64,000 nucleotides of DNA from Selaginella moellendorffii. Lineage: Eukaryota > Plantae > Lycopodiophyta. The DNA is taken from positions 3,171,710-3,235,709 of the forward strand of contig NW_003314264.1 of assembly GCF_000143415.4 (NCBI RefSeq), written 5' to 3'. Of the stretch, positions 38,876-49,087 are shown piece by piece (position 1 is the stretch's first letter; each line of letters begins with the position of its first letter). Position numbers and translations under genes: made by a program. The notes below the pieces were generated by a model, which had not been told where the DNA came from, made no database searches, and saw only the letters and a list, made by a program, of their open reading frames with translations.

Positions 38876-39298
38876 CTACTTATAAAGATTCATGTCTGTC
38901 ACACACTTCAGTAGTGTATATGATTCTACAGGCTTGGGCAAATCTTCTTCGTTGTGGGTTTGCATGTACTGCAAAACACTCTCAAATAAAGGCACTCGGC
39001 AGGGAATAACAAGCTCCCCTTTCTCGCAAAATCCATATACCTCTTTCGACTGATTTAGCATGATTTGAAAGAAGGAATGATTCAAATAACTGATTGGGAT
39101 CACGAATCTCTCCCTACGAGGACCTACATAAACACATATATGCCCCTTTGGAACTCCCTTACCCTCTCGGAGCTCTGAAAACTTTTGGCCAAGCAAATCC
39201 TTGAACTTTTTGCTTTTCATTCGAGGCAAAAGCATCACTCCGCCACTGCTTTCCATTGCTCCACCGCTACTTTCCATTGCTCCACTACTACTTTCCAT
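38876..39298 (-). CDS. SAUR: SAUR (small auxin-up RNA) protein
   Basis: VPKGHICVYVG..RERFVIPISYLNH..F..ML....EVYGF..GELVIPC; intronless; N-terminal 3x21-bp MESS(S/G)G repeat. Confidence 0.92.
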   Translation of the reverse strand: MESSSGAMESSGGAMESSGGVMLLPRMKSKKFKDLLGQKFSELREGKGVPKGHICVYVGPRRERFVIPISYLNHSFFQIMLNQSKEVYGFCEKGELVIPCRVPLFESVLQYMQTHNEEDLPKPVESYTLLKCVTDMNLYK

Positions 39299-39534
39299 TG
39301 TATCACAAATTGGAGCAATTGGAGAGGAGGAGACGCGGAGATTTGAGCAATAGAAACGAAAGAGAAAACTGAGTGAATTACCTAGAAACTGAAGAGAAGC
39401 ACAGACGTGCCTAAAATTTCCAACAAGAGTCCTTGACCCCACAAAAAAGAATACTTTTAAAAACATTTTCTTTATCACAACCGTAAGATCAACTACTTGA
39501 TCTGACGGTCCCTGCAATTCAAATCCTCAGAAAA

Positions 39535-40672
39535 ATGCGCAGCAAGAAGCGGCCATGGCGAGAAACTCCTGGTAAGGTGCTATTTCTTCTTGTTCCGGGT
39601 TTTGTAGCAGATTCTTAGCTTTAGAGGGTCAAGAGGATGATTCAAAGCTGCCGCTCTCTCTACTGGATCGCGCGGTGCCGTGGAAGGCACAGTCATGGAA
39701 GCAAATGGCGGGTATTGGCGGGCTAGCCGGCGAGTTTCGGGTTGGAACCTCGGGCTACATCTACAAGCACTGGAGGGGTGTCGTGTATCCCCGGAGTTCG
39801 GCTCAGAAGGACTGGTTTCGACTCTACACGAATCTGTTCGACACGGTGGAGATCAACAACACGTTTTATCGCCTTCCAGAGCGCAAAGTTTTTCAGGAGT
39901 GGCACGATCAAGCTCCAGAGAATTTTTGCTACGCTCTCAAGTATAGTAGGTACTTACTCGAGCTTTCGGATCCCTTGATCTTTTGCTTTGTTGTGCTGCA
40001 GGTTTGGAACACATATGAAGCGCCTTAAAGACCCCGAGAATCACGTAAACTTGTTTCTCGATCGCTCGGTTCCACTCCACGCAACTTGTGGACCAGTTCT
40101 AGTGCAGGTATGGATCGCTTTTATCGTTTTCTATATACTTCTGCGTGCTTGAGAGGTGAATGATTTTCTACGCACACAGCTGCCACCGAAATTCAAGCTG
40201 GAATTGGAGCGGCTGAAGGAATTTCTCGACAGGCTTCCAACAAATATCCGCTGGGCGGTCGAAGTACGAGACTCGAGGTGGCTATGTGACGACGTCTACG
40301 AGCTTCTCAAGCAGCACAACGTCGCTCTCTGCATCCACGACCACGAAGACATAGTTGACAAGCATCCAAAGGCAAGCCTTTCTGGTTTCGCGCTCCTGCT
40401 CGGTCGTTTTCCACCGAAAGGATGCAAGAACTTTTCTCTTGTTCTTGTTCCAGGTGATTACCGCCAGCTGGTTGTACCTGAGATTCCATGGAAAGAACTA
40501 TCAGCACTGCTACACAGCCCAAGAGCTGGACCACAGCAGCACTTGGATCCGCGAGCAGCTTGCCAAAGGACTGGACGTGTTTGCTTACTTCAACAACGAT
40601 GCCGACGGGAATGCTGTGACCAACGCACTGGCTCTACGCAATCTCGTCTGTGGTGGCTCCTCCAGTGCGTGA
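39535..40672 (+). CDS. DUF72 (YecE-like) domain protein, 5 exons
   Basis: VGTSGYIYKHWRG, FDTVEINNTFYRLP, GPVLVQ|LPPKF, AVEVRDSRW, YLRFHG, VFAYFNND. Confidence 0.88.
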
Positions 40673-41219
40673 CTTTCCGCCGGAAACAGTACAGTCGCTT
40701 TTGGAAACAGTTTTGGAAGAGCTGAGATTGATCCGCTCGCACTCCTCCACCACCAAGTAAGTCAAGTGGTGCTCTCGTCTTCACGCCATGACCGTGACTT
40801 TCACAGGAAATCCCGGCGGGGACGCAGATCCTTCGAAGAAAAAACGAGCTTTCTTCCGACAGTGGTAAACAAACTACGGCGCTTTTCTCTTTCTTGTGAT
40901 CGCGGGTTTGCTGAATCGTGAAGCTTAGTGGAAAGCGAAGCGTGGAGTAAAGCGCCAGGAAATTCGTGAACTTTTTATTTTGGTGGGGATGGATGAGCAC
41001 AGGATCAAGCCAACATTCTTCTACCGCGCGAAAAGTTTACTTTAAACTTTTGAAGTGTTTGTGTGCGTAACGTTTTTGCCACGTGCTCTGACCAATGATT
41101 TACTCGGAGTGGATCTCCGCCGTTGGCTATCTTGGAACGAATGCTAGGGCTTGACGAACGCGGGGACTTTCGATCGATATAGACACGAGATTTAGGTCTT
41201 GTTCTTCCGTCTAGATCAT

Positions 41220-43049
41220 ATGGGAGGCGATTTCTCCAAGCCGGATCCTCACTACGATAGCTACGACGCGTCGCCGTCTCCGCGCGTCCAGCCCACCTCT
41301 CCGCCGAAAGCTAAGATTCACCGCCGCTTCTCCACGAAGTACTCGCACATCGCCGATAATTTCGCTAGCATTGAGGAGGTATGATCGCCGAGAAGCAACG
41401 ATCTCATGGAAATTTTGCCTCACTGGAAGTGGAAATTTTTTGTTTTGGTCCTTCTCTCCATCCAGGTACAGCAAGAATTGCGAAGAACAGGCCTCGAGTC
41501 CTCCAATTTGATCGTTGGCATCGATTTCACCAAGAGCAACGAGTGGACTGGAAGGATCACTCATCAAGGGAAGAGTTTACACGCAATCGGCGATGGTAGC
41601 GTGCCAAATCCTTACGAGCAAGCGATTTCTATCATCGGGAAAACCCTCTCCGACTTTGATGACGACAACTTGATTCCTTGCTTTGGCTTTGGAGATGGTA
41701 CGAATGCTTTGTTTTTCTTTCACGAAAGCTCTCTACTTTGGACCGACTCGGCTCTCTCATTTTCCAGCATCCACGCACGACAACTACGTCTTTAGCTTCT
41801 ACTCGGATCACCGCCCCTGCCATGGTTTCGAGGAAGCTCTTGCAAGGTACCGTGCCATCGCTCCTCACGTCCGGCTCGCTGGTATGTTCCCACGAAGAAG
41901 AAGATCTTTCGAGTGAGTTGACATGGTCTGGCAATTTTTTCGCAGGACCGACTTCGTTTGCTCCCATAATCGAGGCTGCAGTAAGAATAGTGGAACAAAG
42001 CGGTGGTCAGTATCATGTTCTCGTGATCATTGCCGATGGCCAAGTAAGTGACTGCTTGTTTTTTTGTTTCCTAGGATCAAATGTGGGGCCGTAACTTATA
42101 CTAGCTCGTGTTTCTGCTTTTCCACAGGTAACAAGAAGCGTAGATACGGAGGTCGGGCAATTAAGTCCTCAAGAGAAGAGCACGATTGACGCGATTGTGA
42201 CTGCGAGGTACGCTTCGTTTTCTACTATTTTTCCTGTGCCTATGCCTTCCACTCTTTTGCAGCAACTATGCGCTGTCGATCGTTCTTGTTGGAGTTGGCG
42301 ATGGTCCTTGGGATATGATGAAAGAGTTTGACGACAACATCCCCAGACGAGCATTCGATAACTTCCAGGTACCCCAAACATTGACGTCAATTTGTCATGC
42401 TAAACTGTGCTCGTTTTGACAGTTCGTTAACTTCTCCCAAATCATGTCGAAGAAGCTGCCTCTCCATAAGAAAGAAGCATTGTTCGCATTATCAGCACTC
42501 ATGGAAATCCCAGCTCAGTACAAAGCAACGGTAGAACTTGAAATCTTGGGGTAAGATTGCTTCTTTAAAAGGATTTCCGTTCTTATTCGTCTTTAACTTC
42601 AGGCGAAGATCTGGAACTGCGACTAGTTCTCTTCCTTTGCCACCTCCTGTACAAGTATTGCAAGCGGACTCTCAGTTTCACGTTGAGCCATCGTCGTCTG
42701 GTTACTATCCTCCAGCTGAAAACTACTACACTCCACCTGGATTTTCACCTACGGCACCGAGGGGCGTGGACCTTCCAGAAAGCCAGGTACGTTTCACTGT
42801 TCCGGACAAACTCTTAAGATGAACGCTCTTGTTTTCCAGGTGTGCCCGATCTGTCTCACGGAGAGAAAGGACTTGGCTTTTGGCTGCGGGCACCAGGTAT
42901 GCAAACACCATTTCTTTGGTCTTTGGAAACTTGTCAAACGTGTTGTTTCCATTATGTCGTCATGGCAGACATGCAGGGAGTGTGGTGCCAGTTTGACGAA
43001 CTGTCCGATTTGCAGACAGGAGATTTCGACTCGAATTCGGCTGTACTGA
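41220..43049 (+). CDS. RGLG: RGLG-type E3 ligase (copine/vWA plus RING), multi-exon
   Basis: MGG N-myristoylation site, [41 protein letters not shown], terminal CPICL..CGHQ|TC..CPICR..RIRLY. Confidence 0.95.
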
Positions 43050-44413
43050 AAGACTGGAGCTGGGATTCGCGCGGCCGTTCGTGTACAGGCAAAGGATTTG
43101 TTTTTCGAGGGAGGTTCGTGGTTTGCTACAGTTTTGTCGCAAGGAATCGGCGACCAAGAGCTTTGACACTGGAATGATACCGCTGTAATTCTTTCTCGCG
43201 ACTCTCAGGGAGGGAATCTTCTCCCCGCAAATCGTTTCTTCCTTCTCTTTTGGTTTCTTTTCCTTCCGTCTTTGTTTTCAAAGGGGTCGTACTTTGTGAT
43301 GTTGACGCAGACTTTCGGATGATTCGAAACCATTTTTTCTCTTTTTTGCCACCCCTCTCTGTGTAGAAATTTTTTTTCCTTGGATTCCGTACTCCCCAGA
43401 GCCGGGACGTGCCCGGACCATCCATCAACCTTGGCACTTTAACATTGTCTTCGAATTTATCAAATAGAAACATGGTTAGATTATCCGTCACCTAACAGTG
43501 AGTGTTGAATGTTAGGTGGGTGTGGAGTGAAGCGAATTGGTAGCTCAACCGAGAGTTGCCTATGTCATCACGATTGGTGACCCTTAACTACTAGCTATAA
43601 TGCGAGCGAGTGCGCAAACTTTTTCTAAGATGGAGATGTTTAGCCTGTTAATCCTGAATGAGGGTCGTGAGTGAGATTTTTTATATAATGTAAGGTTCTT
43701 AGCGTTCCGCGGGGGCCGTGTTGGTCGGTCTATGAGCAAAGCCTCACGTAACCTAGTAGGATTTCAATTATCTCTTTCTTTTTCTTTTGTATTTTTGCAA
43801 CGAGCTTGACTTAAACGAGACTGGGATGTTTGAACTAGAAACTCGTATTAATATGCGTATTTAGAGTCAATCGTGTCCCAGATGTGTATAGTTAGTCTCG
43901 TCTACTCTCAAGATCCCTTGCATTGTGCACAGGGGCTTGAATGGAACGCACACAGGGCCGAGATCCAGTCGGGCCAAGGAAAAGGAAAAAGAAAGAGAGA
44001 AAAATGTGAATGCTGGAGTTTAGACTTCCACGGTGATCCTGTGACAAGGTTTTCCACTCGGTGACTTGGCAACCAAGTCAATGAGGCTCATCAAGGAAGG
44101 GCGGTGGCAGCATATTACCGACACACAACCACGGAAAAGGATAGATCTAAACCGAATCCCAGCGATTCCTCTTATAGATGCCAGCGTCTTTTCGCATGCG
44201 GTGACGAGAGGTTTTGGATCGCGGCGGGCACTTGCGACTTTGTGGACTAGATCGGCCATAAAAATTTGGGTGAAACTTGTGGATGGTCATCGTCAAGGAC
44301 ACGTAGAGAGGCACAAGCCCCGGGCCAGCAACACAGTGGTCAGGCTGTGCGGCCAAAGGGAAGCGTTGCTTGCATCCTCCACGTACGTAAACAAAGAAAA
44401 AAGAGAAAGGGAG

Positions 44414-44455
<42 letters not shown>

Positions 44456-45243
44456 GACCCCTCCTTTTGGAAGGAGGGGCCAGGGGGAGATAGGAGATAC
44501 AACCACAAGGGTCACAACTAGTGAATTGTTTGTTTTCTTGGGTGGCCGCACCAATGGTTTTTGGCCGGATGTGATCGTTGGCAATGCCAAAGGTGCCGTG
44601 TTGGAGGCAAACTGGCCTAGTAGCAAGGCCCAGCCACAACGTTTATCTCAAGGTTTGCCGATTTTGATTTTGCCGTGGACCCTTGCATCAAAAGCCACTA
44701 TATTATACTACGCAAGAATTATACGCCACATACATGCATATATTTTAAGGGCCGGGGATGTCTATGCCCGGGACACATGCCATGTGAGCCGGTAACGTAA
44801 CTATACGTAACCAGCCGTGTGTGGGAAACCACCGGTATGCCATGCTTGCCAAAACTTAACAGCAAGCAAACAAGGTAGGGTAAGTGGGGAAGGGACGGCT
44901 TAAATGCAGGCTGACTGTCCCCACCCACGCAGCTGCAAACCTGAGGTACCCAGTTTCTTCTTTTTTATTTTTAATGCCTTTTTTTACTCATTTTTCTTCC
45001 CCTTTTCTGTGGGTTTTACTATTGCTATTTACCATACCATGGTGGTAAGGCATGTGTTTGATCATGGTGAGCAGGCAATGTACTTGTGAGAGTGGTGTAG
45101 GTGCAGAAATGAACAAACAAGGCACACACACAAGTTCTGCACACACACACAAATCTTAAGAGGGGGTTTGCAGCACACACACTGGAGCAGCAGCAGACAC
45201 CAGCAGCACACAGCAAGGATGGAGATGAGGTGAATTGAATGTA

Positions 45244-45300
45244 ACACACACCACACCACACACCACACCATACCACACACCACACACCACACCACACACA
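45244..45300. repeat. CA-rich (CACAC/CCACA) low-complexity repeat
   Basis: Directly visible; nearby (GA)n at 44417-44452, (CAG)n at 45606-45634 and (CT)n at 45933-45968. Confidence 0.8.
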
Positions 45301-46070
45301 AACCTCTCTCCTTTTTTTTTCTCTCCCCCTGTCTTTCTAAAAGTGGGAGCAACTTAACCCAAGAGCCTACTACACCTCCCCCCCTCTCTCATTTTCTTCC
45401 CATTCATTTGATCTCCTAGTTTAATAGGAGGTAAAAAACTTTTTGTGGGAGCTTGGGGGGTTGGGGGTTTGGTGAATTGGTGGTGTTGGGAGCAGGAGAG
45501 AGCAAGCACCAGGTAGCACAGATCTGATCCATTCTGTAGCTTAATTGATCCAAAGGCTCCCTTGCTACAGTGTACTGTGCAACCAAGAATTCAGGGGAGA
45601 GAGCATCAGCAGCAGCAGCAGCAGCAGCAGCAGCATCAACAAGAACAAGAGTAGGGGAGAGAAAAAAAAAGATCTTTTAGACACCAAGTGAAAAGCAGAG
45701 CACCCCAAAACAAGGGAAGTGGGAAAAGGGAGAAAAGAGAAGCTGAGATATGGAAGAAGAGGGAACAAGAAGCAGGAACTGGCTATGGCTGTGGAGGGGA
45801 ATATTCGCGTCTCCCATCGTGGAGGAGGGAGAATGGAGGGCAAGGGAGGGGTAAGAGGAACCCAGGATTGGACTGGAGTTGGGCTAGGAGAGCTAGTTCT
45901 AGTTTGGTCTTCTCTTTTTTTTCCTGGATTCCCCTCTCTCTTCTCTCTCTCTCTCTCTCTCTCTCTCGCGTGGTGTGTGTGCGCATTGATTCAGGTGTAG
46001 GACTTTCTCGCTGATTGATGGTCCATGGAAGATCAAGCGCTACCGTGTTGATCGGGGTGGGAGGATCCCC

Positions 46071-48509
46071 ATGGCGGCATCCAGTGATTCGGAGAGTAAG
46101 AAGAGCAGGAAGGAGGAATTGGGGGGCGGTGGGAGCAGCAAGGAGGAGAAATCCGATACCGCGGCGGGCGGGTCAGATCAGGCCCAGCAGCAGCAGCAGC
46201 AGCAGCAGCAGCTGGCGGTGGTGCCATCGCCGGCCGCCGGCGGAGGCGGCACGGCCAATGGCGCGGGCGGTACCGCCGGCGGTACGCAGCCGGCGGCAGC
46301 ATCCTCCGCCGCGGCGGCTGCCAAGGAGCGCGACTACATCTGGACCGAGGACGCTGTGCACGTCCTCCTGGATCACTTCCTGGAGAAGTACATGAGCTAC
46401 GAGAAGGGGATGATCCGCAACGCCGACTGGGTGGAGATCGCGCAGCGCGTCAACCAGCAGCTGGAGGGGAACAAGCCCGTCAAGACGCCCGAGCAGTGCA
46501 AGAACAAGGTGGACAATCTCAAGAAGCAGTACCGCAAGGAGCGGCGGCGCGGATCCCTTGGCCCCTCCAGCACCAATTGGGCATTCTTCTCGCGGATGCA
46601 CGACATCTTCGAGAGCGATTACAAGAAAACAGGGGGTGGTGGCGGCGGTGGAGGTGGCGGCGGCGGCGGAGGAGGAGGAGACCGAGATCCTGGCGGCGCG
46701 AGCGAGGACGTACCACCGCAAAACAATTCCAATCCCGCCCCCGCCGCCGCCGCGGCTGCCAACAACATCGAGGACGCCCACCACCACCACCGCTTGCGAT
46801 CCGCGGTGGTGCCGGATCACTACCTGGCGTCGCGCGAGTTCATCCGCAAGCAGCAGGAGGAGCTGATGCAGTACAACAAGCGGCCATCGCGACGGAGCGA
46901 GACGCCGCCGCCGGGGTCTGGCGGCGCGCCGATCTCCCAGCAGCACCACCCACACCACCACCACCACCACCCCATGATGCTACTGCCCGAGTCCTCACAC
47001 ATGGCCTTCCCGCCGCACGCATCCAATCACCACCACCGCGAGTCCGGCAGCACGCCCGCGCGGAAAAAGGCCAAGTCGGACCGGCACGAGCAGCACGGCG
47101 TCCCGCACGGCATGACGCACGGCATACCGCAGCGGCACCACGACCAGCGGCACTTGCAGCCGGCGGGGCCGCCGCAGCACCACGCGGAGGGATCGGGGCC
47201 GCCGTCGTCGGACTCGGGCGGCGGGGGTGGTGGCGGTGGAGTGGCTGCCGTGGAGGGATCCACCAAGCACGAGCGGAAGCTCCACCGGCACCAGCTCGCG
47301 GCGCTGCGGCGCGACTTCATGGAGGGATTCACGGGCTTCGCGGAGGTGATGCTCAAGATCGAGGTGGCCAAGATGGAGATGCAGCGGGATCTGGAGCGGC
47401 AGCGGGCGGAGATGGAGCTCCACCGCACGCAGATGATGTTGAGCAACCAGCTCCAGCTCGCTAAGTACCTCAAGGCCAGCCCGATACCGCACGGCATGCC
47501 GCCCGACGGCGGCGGGGCGGGCCCCTTCTGGCCAAACTTCGGCTTCACCGACGCGAATGCCAATGCCGCCGGCGGTACCGGCGGCCCCGGCGGCACGACG
47601 CCGCGGCTCCAGCTCGCCATCCCGATCTTCCCGGACTTTACCGCGCTGGATGCCGTGGGGCCTTACGAGGTACTGCATTTGCTCCCCAACGTGGAGGTGC
47701 TGTTTGTGAGCCACCAGCCTGGGCTGTACGCCGCCGGCATGGGAATGCTCACGTTGCAAGCCACCGCGTCATTCGACCAAGTGACGCGGCCGCAAATCCT
47801 CGTCGTGCCCGGCGGTATGGGCACCCGGAGGCTGCTCCAAGACCGAGTTATACTCGACTGGATCCGAAAGGTACGTTTTCTTCTTTAATGGCTTGAGTGG
47901 AGACAACAAGTTTTTGTTGTTTGCTACTGATCAACTTGGCTGCTTCTGTCCTCGTTCCACTCGATGCCTACTAAAGTTTCGATTTTTTCGTTGCTTTTGG
48001 TGGTGGTTCTTCCAGGTTCACGAGCATACCCTCTACACTGCTTCCGTTTGCACTGGATCGCTGCTGCTCGGTGCTGCCGGATTGCTAAAAGGCATCGAGG
48101 CAACCACGCATTGGAACTCGCATGAGCTGCTAGCGGAATTTGGAGCCAAGCCAGTATCCTCGAGGATAGTCCGCCAGGTTGGTTTCAATCACCCGCGCTC
48201 CTGTATAACTGTTTGTTCTTCCAGGGGAAGATCATCACTGCTGCTGGAGTGTCCGCTGGGATCGACATGGCTCTTCAGCTGGCCGCTCTTCTAACGGACG
48301 AGGCCACCGCCAAGACGCTCCAACTTTTCATCGAGTATGATCCTCAGCCTCCGTTTGACAGCGGCTCGGTGGCCAAGGCCGGGCCCGAGGTGGTGAGCAG
48401 GGCCAAAGAACTGTCATCCAAGCGACTCCAAGCCGTGGCTGGTGCCAGTGCTGCTGCTGCCGCTGCCGCCGCCGCCGCCGCTGCTGCTACTTCCAGAGCT
48501 CCAGCGTGA
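46071..48509 (+). CDS. Trihelix (Myb/SANT-like, SIP1/ASIL type) transcription factor fused to a DJ-1/PfpI isocyanide-hydratase-like domain; 3 exons, ~748 aa
   Basis: Exons 46071-47870, 48016-48177 and 48225-48509, all GT-AG phase 0. Trihelix WTEDAVHVLL..W.EIA..KT.EQCKNKVDNLKKQYRKE..WAFF; coiled coil; DJ-1 domain TALDAVGPYEV, VVPGG, SVCTGSLLLGAAGLL..ATTHW, AGVSAGID, EYDPQPPFDSGS. Confidence 0.9.
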
Positions 48510-49087
48510 AGCAGAGAGAAGAAAAGTCTACTTGTTCTACGATGCTGCTGCTGCTGTTGTATGTACCAAAAGACGATAGAGGAGAGTGAGGGAGGGAGAC
48601 GAAGAGCTCTAGAATCGAGACGAGGAACGAGCTGCGAACGACTGGAATTTCCTTTTCGGAAGAGCTTTGGTCGGGGAGAGAGATGATCCAGTTTTCCAAG
48701 AACACACCCGGAGAAAGAGAGGCTCCACAGCTCGAGAGTTTCCATTGATCATTGGTACGCTGCTGGGGCTCTCGCTCTCTTTTCATCTCTTTCTTTGCTC
48801 CATCTCTTTTTCTTCCCGCGGGACTAACAGTTCTTCTCTGCTAGCTCTCTCAGCTCTCTAAATTTTTTGTTCGTTTTCTTTTTTTCTTGGGCTCTCGTTC
48901 ATACCGATTTGTGTACCGCTGCTGCTGCTGATTGATTGACATCACTGTGCGTTCGTTTTTTTTCCTTATATAAATTCTTGGTAGCCTCTGAGACGAATAA
49001 AGAAGAAAAGAACTTCCTTCCTCTGTGGCCGAATTTTGCCGCTAAAATTTGAAAGTTTAAATCTCTGTAGGGTTAGGGCACGAGGAG

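Noticed and set aside
46173-47759. Long antisense and alternative-frame ORFs over GC-rich genes (also at PPR, KIN17, GPAT, 60604-61383)
   Set aside because: Expected shadow ORFs of high-GC3 coding sequence.
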